A stretch of DNA of 64,000 nucleotides from Bacillota bacterium (GCA_050952625.1 JBMNLH010000007.1:85165-149164), one strand, 5' to 3'; counted from the stretch's first letter, positions 9,528 through 20,081 are shown. The notes: generated by a model not told the origin, from the sequence alone. Numbers and translations: made by a program.

Positions 9528-11213
9528 TCAATTCCTTTGGAAAACTATGTGGACTCGCCAAAGCCGATCCCGGGGATTGGGATAATCCAGGCGGAAATGA
9601 GCACCCCGGCTTTCTCGGCGAAACCAAGCTGCAGTGGCGACCAATCGACCGAGCATTAACAGGTTAGCCGCCTCAACTTGGACCGGCTCAGTTATAATAG
9701 TTGGAACCCTTAGTGCCTCAGTTGACAGCCAGTTGATGGCCTGGACTAAACTTTCCGCATTTCGAACCAAGCCGACCTTGTCCCACATTAACTTCTGGAT
9801 ATTACAAATGGTTTCGGCGGGATCAAAGCCATTTTTCCAGTCGGTCGCAATAAAATCAATTAACGCTGCTTCAGGTAAAGGTTGATTGCCAAAATCCGGG
9901 GTCCAAGCAAGCACCTGATCGGCCCCGTGTCTTTCCAAAGGAGGAAACTTTTCTAGCGGAGCAATATCCTGCTTGTTCCAAAAGGGCGTGGTGTTCCAAA
10001 AGTCTAAGCAGGACCGAACTATCCGATCGCCAAAAACCAGCCCATCCAACAAAGAGTTGCTAGCCAAACGGTTGGCTCCGTGCACTCCATTACAGGCTGC
10101 CTCGCCGCAAGCATATAGCCCGGGGACCGTTGTTCGTCCACAGCCATCGGTTTTAATGCCGCCCATGGTATAATGAGCTGCCGGAGCAATTGGGATCGGC
10201 TGTGTTCCAATATCTATTCCATATTTCAGACAATTACGGCTAATGCTCGGAAAACGGCGTCGGACCCGGTCAGCCCCTAAACGGGTCGCGTCTAAATAAA
10301 CCGGGCCTTCTTGCAGCTCCTGCCAGATAGCTCGGGCGACCACGTCTCGTGGTGCCAACTCGGCCAAGGGATGGTAACGCGGCATGAAGCGTTCCTGGCG
10401 GTGGTTAAATAACAAGCCACCTTCTCCCCGTACCGCTTCGGAGATCAAAAATCGAGGTGCCCCGGGCAGTGATAGCGCGGTGGGGTGAAACTGGACAAAC
10501 TCCAAATCCATCAGCCGACAACCCACCCGATAGGCAGCCGCTACTCCATCGCCAGTAGCAATCGATGGATTGGTGGTATTCTGGTATAACTGGCCGGCAC
10601 CGCCGGTAGCCAGCACCGTAACCCGCGCCAGGTAAATAATCAAGTGACCGCTCTGCCGGTCCAAGGTCAATACGCCAATACATTGGCCGGCCTGGTTGGT
10701 CAAGATGTCCAACACCAAACTATTCTCGTAAACAGTTATTTTAGATGTTCGTTCACATTGCCGGACCAGGGTTCTCTGGATTTCATTACCAGTCGCGTCG
10801 CTAGCATGAATAATTCTCGGATGACTGTGAGCCGCTTCCCGAGTAAAAACAATATTGCCTTCAACCTTATCGAAGTCAGCCCCCATCCGGATCAATTCGC
10901 CTACTCGGGCCGGCCCCTCATTCACCAAGATCTCGACGACTGATTCATCGCATAATCCCGCTCCAGCCGCTAGAGTATCCTCTCGGTGGAGTCGTGGAGA
11001 ATCTCGTTCATCTAAGGCTACGGCGATGCCGCCCTGAGCTAAGTCGGTATTGCTATCCATCCTTCCTTGCTTGGTTAACACCGTTACTATTCCGTAGTCA
11101 CTGGCCTTTAAGGCTGTAAACAGCCCGGCAATCCCGCTCCCGACTACTAAGAAATCAGTCTGAACTACATCCAATTGATTGGGGTCAAACCAAGTCAAGA
11201 ACCTTCTGGTCAC
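9528..11213 (-). CDS. nadB: L-aspartate oxidase
   Basis: GSGIAG, AQGGIA, QFHPT, LISEAVRGEG, HGANRLASNSLL; between nadA and nadC. Confidence 0.96.
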   Translation of the reverse strand: MTRRFLTWFDPNQLDVVQTDFLVVGSGIAGLFTALKASDYGIVTVLTKQGRMDSNTDLAQGGIAVALDERDSPRLHREDTLAAGAGLCDESVVEILVNEGPARVGELIRMGADFDKVEGNIVFTREAAHSHPRIIHASDATGNEIQRTLVRQCERTSKITVYENSLVLDILTNQAGQCIGVLTLDRQSGHLIIYLARVTVLATGGAGQLYQNTTNPSIATGDGVAAAYRVGCRLMDLEFVQFHPTALSLPGAPRFLISEAVRGEGGLLFNHRQERFMPRYHPLAELAPRDVVARAIWQELQEGPVYLDATRLGADRVRRRFPSISRNCLKYGIDIGTQPIPIAPAAHYTMGGIKTDGCGRTTVPGLYACGEAACNGVHGANRLASNSLLDGLVFGDRIVRSCLDFWNTTPFWNKQDIAPLEKFPPLERHGADQVLAWTPDFGNQPLPEAALIDFIATDWKNGFDPAETICNIQKLMWDKVGLVRNAESLVQAINWLSTEALRVPTIITEPVQVEAANLLMLGRLVATAAWFRRESRGAHFRLDYPNPRDRLWRVHIVFQRN

Positions 11214-11299
11214 TTAACGTTCCTGGTTTCAAAAACACAATCAAACCTAGGAGAACTGGACTAAATCGTGTTTTTCACCCGTTCAACTAACGAGTAGTA

Positions 11300-11489
11300 G
11301 CATCACCGGATTCAGCTACCTAGCCACCAGCTCTCGCTGATGTTTCAGGTGGTTAATCGGCCGCCCGTCCGTTCGGCCCGAAGGGGAGTGTTGCCCACCG
11401 CCTGTTTAAATCTATCCGCGCCCGACTTTCGCCGGCGATCTGAGCAATGCGGAAGGATTTAAAAAACCAGTAGCTCGTTTCGGTAATGC
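11300..11489. repeat. ~190-bp structured element with terminal inverted repeats
   Basis: GCATCACCGGATTCAGCTAC ... GTAGCTCGTTTCGGTAATGC; internal hairpin TTTAAATC..TCCGC...GCGGA..GATTTAAA. Confidence 0.5.
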
Positions 11490-11559
11490 TGTCAGGAAAC
11501 CAGGCTGGCACCACCTTTCTTTTTCATTTTAAGAGTATGACTTTATCTAAAATCACAAG

Positions 11560-11657
11560 CTTCCCCCTTCTCGAAGTGGGGTTTACCTTATTTAACCCGA
11601 GGTGGAGTAGAGTCTTTCTCGGAAACTTTGATGTTCAGCCAAGCTGAACGGGGCACT
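11560..11657 (-). repeat. Family A element, copy 4
   Basis: CCCCCTTCTCGAAGTGGGG...GAGGTGGAGTAGAGTC...GATGTTCAGCCAAGCTGAACG. Confidence 0.8.
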
Positions 11658-11682
11658 GATATCACTCCACTATTGGCAGCTG

Positions 11683-12657
11683 CTACCCCAGAGCTAACAT
11701 TCGATTAAGGGCCAGAGTCGCTGCCTTGCTGACTGCCGGCGGGACGGTAACTCGTGGTGTTAACGTCTGAAGAGCTCGCTTTAGTTTAAATAGATCAATG
11801 CTTTTCATATTCTCACATAACAGGACTGGTGAAGCCAAATAAAATGCTTTCTCTGGGTAACGGGTTTGCAACTGGTAGAGGATTCCCTGTTCAGTGCCAA
11901 TAATAAAACTGTTGTTCGAAGATTTGCCCACATACTCAATAATCCCGGCCGTGCTAAACACGCCGTCCGCTAAGTTGATTACCTCGGGCCGGCACTCAGG
12001 ATGCACCAAAACTTCTGCTTCCGGATGTTGATCCTTAACCTGCTGGACCGCCTCCACGCTTAAGTCGTGATGACTTGGACAGTAACCTTCCCACAAGACC
12101 ATCTTTCGACCAGTTTTTCTCTGCACCCATTTCCCCAGGTTTTGATCCGGGACAAAAATCAACGGGACATCAGCCGGTAAAGACTCAACTACCCGAACCG
12201 CATTGGAAGAGGTACAGCAGATATAGCTTTCAGCCTTGACCGCTGCCGAAGAATTGATATAACAAACTACCAGGGCTCCCGGTATTTTTTCCTTTAATAG
12301 TCTTAACGCAGCTGGTTCAACCATATCCGCCATCGGACAACCCGCATTCTCCTCGGGGATTAGCACTAATCGGTCCGGACAAAGCAAAGCTGCGCTCTCA
12401 GCCATAAACTGAACGCCGCACATGACTAACACCTCAGCTGAGGTCTTGGCCGCCTGCTGGGCGAGTTGCAAAGAATCCCCGACAAAATCAGCCACCCGTT
12501 GTATATCGGGCGGCTGATAAAAATGAGCCAGGATAACCGCCTTTCGTTCTTTTTTTAAGTCTGCTATCTCCTGGATCAGCTTTACCTTCTGCGGGTCCTG
12601 ATGACTCGGATTGTACAGCTCCAAAGTCAAAGTCTTTTCCACGATCCTTCCTTCCAA
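11683..12657 (-). CDS. nadA: Quinolinate synthase
   Basis: ILAHFYQ, GDSLQL, GCPMAD, YINSSA, HPEC, CENM. Confidence 0.97.
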   Translation of the reverse strand: MEGRIVEKTLTLELYNPSHQDPQKVKLIQEIADLKKERKAVILAHFYQPPDIQRVADFVGDSLQLAQQAAKTSAEVLVMCGVQFMAESAALLCPDRLVLIPEENAGCPMADMVEPAALRLLKEKIPGALVVCYINSSAAVKAESYICCTSSNAVRVVESLPADVPLIFVPDQNLGKWVQRKTGRKMVLWEGYCPSHHDLSVEAVQQVKDQHPEAEVLVHPECRPEVINLADGVFSTAGIIEYVGKSSNNSFIIGTEQGILYQLQTRYPEKAFYLASPVLLCENMKSIDLFKLKRALQTLTPRVTVPPAVSKAATLALNRMLALG

Positions 12658-12683
12658 GCAATTAAGTGTTACAGAAACGAAAC

Positions 12684-13046
12684 CTAGCCTTTCCTTGTCT
12701 CCACGATTCTATTATTGGCATCGACAAAAACCAGGTCTGCTTTGTAAGTACGGGCTTCATTTTCCTCAAATATGCCGTAACCAATGATAATAATGATATC
12801 TCCTTTTTGTACCATGCGGGCTGCGGCACCGTTCAAACAGATGACCCCCGATCCCCTCGGTCCGGCAATAACGTAGGTTTCAAACCGAGCCCCGTTGTTA
12901 TTATTAACGATATGCACCTGTTCATTGGGCCAAATATTCGCCGCATCCATCAGGTCCTGATCAATGGTAATACTGCCAATGTAATTTAAATCAGCATCCG
13001 TAACGGTAGCCCGATGGATTTTCGACTTCAACATAGTCCGAAACAC
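12684..13046 (-). CDS. panD: Aspartate 1-decarboxylase
   Basis: [33 protein letters not shown]. Confidence 0.98.
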   Translation of the reverse strand: MFRTMLKSKIHRATVTDADLNYIGSITIDQDLMDAANIWPNEQVHIVNNNNGARFETYVIAGPRGSGVICLNGAAARMVQKGDIIIIIGYGIFEENEARTYKADLVFVDANNRIVETRKG

Positions 13047-13051
13047 AGGAC

Positions 13052-13900
13052 TTACACCTCCACTATCCGGTTATCGATAAGTCTAGTCTTGCCAAAGAAA
13101 ACTGCTAAGGCTATAAGAATCCGGCCTTGAAGGATCTCCACTGGCTTCAAATCCTCGGCTCCGACAATTTCTACATAATCAATCCGCGCCAAGGGCTCTG
13201 CCTGAATTTGGGTTTCAATCGCCTTACGTAATACATTGGCATCCCTTTCCCCATTAGCTGCTAATTCCCCAGCTATATTTAAGGCTCGGGACAAAACCAG
13301 GCTGGCTTTTCGTTCGCTAGGACTAAGGTACACATTGCGTGAACTCATAGCTAACCCATCTGCCTCACGCATGATTGGTGCAACGATAATCCGTAGCGGC
13401 ATATTCAAATCACGAACCATGCGCTGGATTACAATTGCCTGCTGGGCATCTTTTTGCCCGAACACGGCGATATCCGGTTGGACTATGTTAAAAAGTTTGG
13501 TGACTACCGTCGTGACCCCACGGAAGTGCCCAGGCCGTGACTTGCCACAAAGGCCTTCTGTCAGCTTTTCTACATCTACATAACTGTAATATCCGCCTGG
13601 GGGATACATTTCAGCTACAGACGGGGCAAAAATTGCCGCAACTCCACCTTCTTCTGCCAACTCACTATCCCGAGTCAAATCCCGGGGATAGTCCTCATAG
13701 TCCTCACCTACTCCAAACTGCAGGGGATTAACAAAGATACTCATCACTACAACGTCACAGGCTTTTAACGCCTCCTGCACCAGGCTTAAATGACCTGCAT
13801 GCAGGTAGCCCATTGTAGGAACCAGGCCGATCTGCTTTCCTGCCAGCCGTTGCTCTCGAACGAATTCCCGCATCCGGCCAATTCCTCTGATTACTTCCAC
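13052..13900 (-). CDS. panC: Pantoate-beta-alanine ligase
   Basis: [39 protein letters not shown]. Confidence 0.98.
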   Translation of the reverse strand: MEVIRGIGRMREFVREQRLAGKQIGLVPTMGYLHAGHLSLVQEALKACDVVVMSIFVNPLQFGVGEDYEDYPRDLTRDSELAEEGGVAAIFAPSVAEMYPPGGYYSYVDVEKLTEGLCGKSRPGHFRGVTTVVTKLFNIVQPDIAVFGQKDAQQAIVIQRMVRDLNMPLRIIVAPIMREADGLAMSSRNVYLSPSERKASLVLSRALNIAGELAANGERDANVLRKAIETQIQAEPLARIDYVEIVGAEDLKPVEILQGRILIALAVFFGKTRLIDNRIVEV

Positions 13901-13943
13901 CCGTCTTCCTCCTCAGTTACTACCTTAACATAGAATATTATCT

Positions 13944-14783
13944 CTAATAGAGTTTGTCCAGCACATCTTCTTTAATGGTATAACAGTGTTCCTCAGCCGG
14001 GAAAGTCCCTTTTTCCACATCTTCTTTGTATGCTTTAAAAGCCTCTTTCATAATTTCCCCAACTTGAGCGTACTGCCGAACAAACTTAGCCACATGGCCG
14101 CCAAAAAGGCCGATCATGTCATGATTCACTAATACTTGACCATCACAATCTGGGCCAGCCCCAATGCCAATCGTCGGGATGCCTACTTCCTGAGTCACTT
14201 TCTTCGCCAATGGAGCGGGAACACATTCCAAAACTACCGCAAAGGCGCCGGCCTCTTCCAAGGCCTTGGCATCGTCAATCAATCTGCGCGCCGACTCGAC
14301 ATCCTTCCCCTGGACCCGAAAACCGCCTAGTTGATGGACGGTCTGGGGCGTTAACCCAATATGCCCCATGACTGGAATACCGGATTCAGTTAAGGCCCGA
14401 ACGACAGCCACTCGTTCCCGGCCGCCTTCTATCTTAACCGCGTGGGCCCCGGCTTCTTGCATTAATCGGCCGGCATTACGCAGGCTTTCCTCTACTGAGA
14501 TATGGAAAGATAGAAAAGGCATATCAGCTACTACCATGGTATTTTTTGCCGCCCGGGTCACAGCCTTGGTGTGATGAACCATATCATCCATCGTCACAAA
14601 CAGGGTTGTCTCATAGCCTAATACCACATTCCCCAATGAGTCGCCCACCAAAATCATGTCAATTCCGACCTCGTCCATCATTCGGGCAGTTGGGAAGTCA
14701 TAAGCAGTTAACATCGAAATCTTCTGGCCATTGCGTTTCTTTTCTTTTAGCGATAAAACGGTAGCACGTGCCACTAATCTCAC
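13944..14783 (-). CDS. panB: 3-methyl-2-oxobutanoate hydroxymethyltransferase
   Basis: LTAYD, ILVGDSLG, KIEGG, GHIGLTPQ, IGIGAG. Confidence 0.98.
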   Translation of the reverse strand: MRLVARATVLSLKEKKRNGQKISMLTAYDFPTARMMDEVGIDMILVGDSLGNVVLGYETTLFVTMDDMVHHTKAVTRAAKNTMVVADMPFLSFHISVEESLRNAGRLMQEAGAHAVKIEGGRERVAVVRALTESGIPVMGHIGLTPQTVHQLGGFRVQGKDVESARRLIDDAKALEEAGAFAVVLECVPAPLAKKVTQEVGIPTIGIGAGPDCDGQVLVNHDMIGLFGGHVAKFVRQYAQVGEIMKEAFKAYKEDVEKGTFPAEEHCYTIKEDVLDKLY

Positions 14784-14938
14784 TCCTTAACTTTATTATT
14801 GCTTTTTCCAACAACAGCTAACATCGGTAAACCTGACTCTGTAGTGTTAGCTTACCCTGAACTCTATCAGGGAACTCCGGGCAGTAAACTTACCATTACC
14901 CACCATTTACCCGCTAATTACTAAAGACTAGGGTGTAT

Positions 14939-15805
14939 CTACCGTAAGACTTTTTGCAATTCCTGGGCTCTTTCTCCCGTAATACTTCCTTTTCGCTCCG
15001 CAACTTCCACAGTTTGGCTCCCTAAAGATCGGTACAACGATATTAGGTCCGGTGCCACCCCCTCCATCGTCGTTATATGTTCCTGAATGGTTGCTAAATC
15101 ACCGCGGGCGATCGGCCCGGTTAAAGCCTGAGGTATCCCGACCTTTCGAATATTAGCTAAGGTCCCTTCGATTAAAGGAAATAGGGCGGTTACCGCTGTT
15201 TCTTTGGGGATCCCGGCTGCTTCCAGCAGATGGGTGCCAAAATCAACCAAAGTAACTAGATAATTAGATACAACACAAGCCCCAGCGTGATACAGGGGCT
15301 TGGCCTTCTTATCAATAAAGAAATATTTGCCCTCCAAATCTTCGACAAGTCTAATCCCCAGCGGATAACCCGCTGGATTTCCCTCAATACTAAACACCGA
15401 TCCTGGTAAAACCTTAATGGCCTGTTCGGTCGCCGCGAATGACTGCAAAGGATGCACTGAAAGGCAGACTGCCCCCTGCTCAGCCGCCGGCTCGAGAACC
15501 TCGCTGGTTAGTGCTCCGCTCATATGAATCACTACTTGTCCAGATTGGAAACAGCCTTCATGGGCCAGTTCTCGGGTTACTTGACCAATTGCACCATCGC
15601 TAGTTGTAATAAAAACCACTTCTGCCTGACGCGCCACCTCAGATGGAAGCATACCCGAGGTTCCAAGTCGATCAGCCAACTGGTTCCTTTTTTCTGGGGC
15701 CTGATCGGCTACGCCGGTTATCTGATACCCTTTAGACCGTAGGACTATACCGATTGCTGAACCAACCACTCCGGTTCCAATAATCCCCACCGTCGGTTTA
15801 GTCAT
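14939..15805 (-). CDS. Rossmann-like + DUF2520 protein, probable alternative ketopantoate reductase (PanG type)
   Basis: GIIGTGVVG, HMSGA, HPLQSF, YHAGACVVSN, ALTGPIARGD. First gene of the pan operon; start placed at the ATG after GAGG. Confidence 0.85.
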   Translation of the reverse strand: MTKPTVGIIGTGVVGSAIGIVLRSKGYQITGVADQAPEKRNQLADRLGTSGMLPSEVARQAEVVFITTSDGAIGQVTRELAHEGCFQSGQVVIHMSGALTSEVLEPAAEQGAVCLSVHPLQSFAATEQAIKVLPGSVFSIEGNPAGYPLGIRLVEDLEGKYFFIDKKAKPLYHAGACVVSNYLVTLVDFGTHLLEAAGIPKETAVTALFPLIEGTLANIRKVGIPQALTGPIARGDLATIQEHITTMEGVAPDLISLYRSLGSQTVEVAERKGSITGERAQELQKVLR

Positions 15806-15892
15806 TATCCTCATCCTTCCACAGACCAAGATAAAATGTTAATGATCAACTTTAAAACAAACAATGATTAAGGATAAAACCAACAATTAAGA

Positions 15893-16010
15893 AACAAAAT
15901 AGAGCCTTCTGGACACAATTACCCAGAAGGCTCCACGAGAATTCCAAACGCACCTTCCGTCTCGGTCCAATTGGCTACAAGCGGATTTTGGTTTGTCACA
16001 GGGCACATAC
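15893..16010 (-). promoter_or_regulatory. pan RNA motif-like leader followed by intrinsic terminator
   Basis: ATCCGCTTG...GGACCGAGACGGAAGGTGCG, then GAGCCTTCTGG...CCAGAAGGCTC-TATTTT, upstream of the pan operon. Confidence 0.7.
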
Positions 16011-16095
16011 ACAAAATATATTTTCTATATTAAATCACTTTTATAGTCATAATCTTGCGATCAGGCAATTCTAAAAATTCCAGACATTTTAAAAA

Positions 16096-17064
16096 TCAAC
16101 ACTCATCCTTATCGCTTTTCGGATGCCGCGAATTAATTTTAACATGGCTCCACAGTTTTTGACAACCGGTAGTTTCCGAATTAAATGATTGAGTAATAAT
16201 TTTTTTTAAGAATCGACCATCCGGCATCAGCAGGTCAGGGGCAATTTCCACCAAGGGAACTAAAACAAAATCTCGTTCTAGCATTCGCGGGTGGGGAATA
16301 ATCAGTTCTGGTTCCTCAATAGTTTGATTGCCATAAAGAAGCAGGTCTAAATCAATGGTCCGTGGACCCCAGCGGATGTCTCGCTGCCGCCCCAAACGGT
16401 TTTCAACGGCCTGCAAGATTTTTAGAAGTTCTTTAGGTTTTCGGTCCGTTTCCAGCTGAGCCACGGCGTTGAGAAATATTCCCTGATTTAAATACCCCAC
16501 TGGTTCTGTTTCATAAAAGGACGATACCTTTTGGACCTGCAGAGAAGGATGGGCAGCCAGCAAACCCAGAGCCTGCCACAGATACGCCTCTCGATCGCCC
16601 AAGTTTGAACCAAGAGCCACATAGGCAGTTTCCCTGATTATCTGCTCACGGTTGAATTGTCGTTTTGACTCTTCCTCGTTCCGCCAACGGCTAATCTCTA
16701 CCCCAGCCCACGCTAGCGGCCCGGGTAAAGGGACCTCGGGTTTTCGGACCCTGATGCGCACTCCTTCTATTGGGTATCCAGCCAATAAACTCTCAGCTAA
16801 TCGGGCGGCCAGGGTTTCAATTAAACGATACTGCCGTCCTTCCACGATTTCTCGAATATTTTGGTAGACCAGGCTGTAATCTACCGCCTCGTTTAGCTCA
16901 TCATGTTCAGCGACGGATTCCAAAGAACAAAAGAGTTCCGCATCCACTTCAAAAAACTGCCCCTGGGTTCTTTCCTCTGGGAGTACTCCATGATAACCAA
17001 AAAAACGCATTCCCTGCAACTGGATCCGATCACCACCGCTCCAATGGTTACTGGTACAAGCCAT
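16096..17064 (-). CDS. folBK: Fused dihydroneopterin aldolase / HPPK (FolB-FolK)
   Basis: FFGYHGVLPEER...VDYS..LIETLA, then AYVALGSNLGDR...WGPRTIDLDLL...PHPRM. Confidence 0.95.
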   Translation of the reverse strand: MACTSNHWSGGDRIQLQGMRFFGYHGVLPEERTQGQFFEVDAELFCSLESVAEHDELNEAVDYSLVYQNIREIVEGRQYRLIETLAARLAESLLAGYPIEGVRIRVRKPEVPLPGPLAWAGVEISRWRNEEESKRQFNREQIIRETAYVALGSNLGDREAYLWQALGLLAAHPSLQVQKVSSFYETEPVGYLNQGIFLNAVAQLETDRKPKELLKILQAVENRLGRQRDIRWGPRTIDLDLLLYGNQTIEEPELIIPHPRMLERDFVLVPLVEIAPDLLMPDGRFLKKIITQSFNSETTGCQKLWSHVKINSRHPKSDKDEC

Positions 17065-17102
17065 CTCAGACCGCCTCCAACATCTTACGTTTTTAGTATT
17101 GT

Positions 17103-17171
17103 GCCATTCTGCGCGAAGCGAAGAGTCCTTCCCACGCTAGAAGAAAGATCCTTCGCCAACACCAGGATGAC
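17103..17171. repeat. Palindromic repeat family C, copy 1
   Basis: GCCATTCTGCGCGAAGCGAAGAGTCC...GATCCTTCGCCAACACCAGGATGAC; matches 26132-26201. Confidence 0.75.
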
Positions 17172-17558
17172 ACACGTCCCGTTTTTCCCCCAGTAATTCG
17201 TCTTTTTCAGCGTCAATCATACCAATCCAGATGAGCAGCGTCAAAAACAATTCAATCACCAGCATCATTTCTCATCATTTCTTCAAAGCGAACCCTTCGT
17301 ACTGCTAAGCAGAACATTATAAGACATTATAAGCCGATCGCACAGTGTTATAACGAAGGTCAGGGATTGTTGGTCAACATCATAAGTATATTGTTTCCCA
17401 GTCTGGCCGGCTGACCAAGTTAAAATACAAGCTTAGGTACTTCATCAAAGCTATTAAGTAAGCTATACTACTATACTATCAGAAGGTATAATAAGCTTAA
17501 CTCTGCCCCAGACGGGCATTTAAGATTAAATACAGTTTAAGGAGAGAGTAACTCTAGC

Positions 17559-18638
17559 ATGATCGGTCTATATGAAGAATTAGAAAAGACCCTTGATGAA
17601 TCCATTGTGCAACAGATTTTGGAAGAGCACCCGGAAATTAAAATTTTGTGGAACCGCCGGAAATCCTTAAAGAAACCGGCCATTATTGATCGGGAGGATG
17701 TCATCCTCCACGTGATTTTCGAAGCAGTAGTCGAAAAACAAATCCAGGACAATGATCCGGCGGAAGTTCGCGAAGCCTACCAAAAGCTGATTCAATCCGG
17801 TCTAGCCCCTCACGCAGCCAGAGGGAATATCGTTAAACTCTTTCGCTGGCACCTTGATCAGGGATTACGCGAAAAAAAGCCTTTTGATCATCAAAGCTAC
17901 ACACGGCGATTACAATTTTTGGGCCATAATCCCCATAAGACAGAACGAAATCAAGCTTGCCCCTGCGGCAGCGGTAAAAAATATAAAAAATGTTGCCTAT
18001 CCTGCCAGGACCTGCTTGAAGTCTATCCAAAAGAAGGTGCTTTGATACTCGGATCAGGGGCTTACTTAGCCGCTGACTATTATAAAAAATCCGAGTATGA
18101 TCCGCGCCGCCTCCAAGTGGAAAACCGAGTGCATCTCGCCTCATTCTTAGAAAGCCTGGGTGATTTCGAAGGAGCCTTATTCTATCTGCAAGAAAACGCC
18201 GCCGTATTTGAGCAGGATAATGATAAGGCACGCCTAGAAGACGCTTTACAAGATGTTCTTTTCTTCTGCAGCAATCACCCTGAGTATCTAGAAATCGGAT
18301 TAAAAGTTGTCGATCAACTGATTGATCTGACCAATTCGATCCATAATCAAGGACTGTACCGATGTGACAAAGCTGATCTCTTGGCCCAAAAGGACGGAGT
18401 TGATAAAGGAGAACAGGAATTTTCAAAAATTTTCCACGATCTCCCGCAGTTTTCTTTTGCCCATTTCCGTTACGCCAACTTCCTTAATCTATACGGCCAA
18501 AAAGAAAAAGCACTTACTGTGCTCAAAAAATTAGTAAATCAGCCCAATTTGGATAAAATGACCCTCGAGGCAGCTAATGAACTATTAAAGGATCTTTCAC
18601 CAACGCAAAGCAATGCCGATAAGCGCCAAAACCAATAA
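17559..18638 (+). CDS. SEC-C zinc-motif protein with TPR-like C-terminus
   Basis: RNQACPCGSGKKYKKCC; helical repeats. Confidence 0.8.
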   Translation: MIGLYEELEKTLDESIVQQILEEHPEIKILWNRRKSLKKPAIIDREDVILHVIFEAVVEKQIQDNDPAEVREAYQKLIQSGLAPHAARGNIVKLFRWHLDQGLREKKPFDHQSYTRRLQFLGHNPHKTERNQACPCGSGKKYKKCCLSCQDLLEVYPKEGALILGSGAYLAADYYKKSEYDPRRLQVENRVHLASFLESLGDFEGALFYLQENAAVFEQDNDKARLEDALQDVLFFCSNHPEYLEIGLKVVDQLIDLTNSIHNQGLYRCDKADLLAQKDGVDKGEQEFSKIFHDLPQFSFAHFRYANFLNLYGQKEKALTVLKKLVNQPNLDKMTLEAANELLKDLSPTQSNADKRQNQ

Positions 18639-18643
18639 AATTA

Positions 18644-19867
18644 TCAACGGACAATGGCATCCGCCATGCGGAGAGCCGGCTTGATTTGCCGGACGTCGTG
18701 CACCCGAACGATATCAACCCCGGCCGCAATTCCCAGCACCACCGTGGCCGCGGTCCCCATATCCCGCTGGTCCACCGGTGCATCCAAAACCTGACCAATC
18801 ATCGACTTGCGGGAAGTGCCCAACAGCAACGGTTTTCCTAGGTTGCGGAGTTCCGGCAGGCGTTTCATCACCTCCAGGTTGTGTTCTAGAGTCTTGCCGA
18901 ACCCAATCCCGGGGTCAAGAATAATCTTGGCCGGGTCAATTCCGGCTTGGTCGGCAATCCGCAGGCTCTGTCCCAGGTCCTGAACCAGTTCGGCCATTAG
19001 ATCCCGATACTCGGCCTTTTTTCGATTGTGCATCACCACAACTGGAACCTGATACTCAGCGATCACCTCAGCCATGGCCGGGTCTCCCTGAAGACCCCAG
19101 ATATCATTGATTAGGTGAACCCCCAGGTCCAGGGCCCGGCGGGCTACCTCCGCCTTATAGGTATCTAACGATATAGGGATCGGCAGTTCTTTTATGAGCA
19201 GCGGTAAAACTGTTTTCAGCCGTTCCCATTCCGCAGCGGCGGAAATTGGTCGAAACCCGGGTCTGGTTGACTCCGCCCCGACGTCTAGCAGATCAGCTCC
19301 CTCTTCGACTAGCTGCTGCGCCCTGGCCAAAGCGGCGGCCGGTTCACAGTACTTTCCACCATCCGAAAAGGAATCAGGAGTCAGGTTTAAGATCCCCATC
19401 ATCAAGGTTCGTTCTCCCAGGGGCAACCAGCGGTCCCGACAGGCCAGCCCTCTGGATCTTAATTTTCGAGAACCGGTCCGAGACTGATCATCACCTTTAG
19501 CGATGGAATTCAGATCAAGAATAAATTCTATTTCCTCGGCCAGAGCTTTCAAGCCAAATGGTTGCTGCCGCATCCTGATTAGGGCTTGACGATACTGCTG
19601 CAAAGTCCCCATCAGCACCATATCCGTCTTATCCGTTTGGGCTACGATTACCTCCCGGTTAACGGCGGCCTCACCACCCCGGGCCAGCATCTCCTGTTTT
19701 AAAATCAAAGCCCCCGGCGTAGACACATCTTTCACATATAAAACCAGGTGGACTGCTTTAGGGGCCATAATCCCTAAACCGGCGACATCAGGACCTACCC
19801 GACGAATCAATTCCCGGGCTTCCCCTTCATCCTGAATTCGCACTACCCGTACCCGGCCGGTCAGCAT
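18644..19867 (-). CDS. folP: Dihydropteroate synthase with ~140-aa N-terminal extension
   Basis: MGILNLTPDSFSDGG, DVGAESTRPG, LDPGIGFGK, SRKS, RVHDV. Confidence 0.96.
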   Translation of the reverse strand: MLTGRVRVVRIQDEGEARELIRRVGPDVAGLGIMAPKAVHLVLYVKDVSTPGALILKQEMLARGGEAAVNREVIVAQTDKTDMVLMGTLQQYRQALIRMRQQPFGLKALAEEIEFILDLNSIAKGDDQSRTGSRKLRSRGLACRDRWLPLGERTLMMGILNLTPDSFSDGGKYCEPAAALARAQQLVEEGADLLDVGAESTRPGFRPISAAAEWERLKTVLPLLIKELPIPISLDTYKAEVARRALDLGVHLINDIWGLQGDPAMAEVIAEYQVPVVVMHNRKKAEYRDLMAELVQDLGQSLRIADQAGIDPAKIILDPGIGFGKTLEHNLEVMKRLPELRNLGKPLLLGTSRKSMIGQVLDAPVDQRDMGTAATVVLGIAAGVDIVRVHDVRQIKPALRMADAIVR

Positions 19868-19972
19868 TCTTTTCCACCTACTCTTCTAACCCACATGCAT
19901 CGGCTTAATTTTAAACCACCCTGGATCAAGGCTTTCAGGATTCGAGTGGTTTAACTCAGTCACAAGACTAAG

Positions 19973-20066
19973 GCGGGAACGAACTAATCGGCTTCGGGCA
20001 GGCATTAAGCTCGTTCTACGGAATCACTTAGTGATGCCTGCTGTTCCTCAGCCGCGTCCGTTCCCT
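19973..20066. repeat. Long imperfect hairpin between fhs and folP
   Basis: GGGAACG..GGCT..GCAGGCATTA...TGATGCCTGC..AGCC..CGTTCCC. Confidence 0.55.
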
Positions 20067-20081
20067 GATCTCGATCGTCAA

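Noticed and set aside
19973-20066. THF or ZTP riboswitch near fhs/folP
   Set aside because: Consensus nucleotides not recognisable by eye
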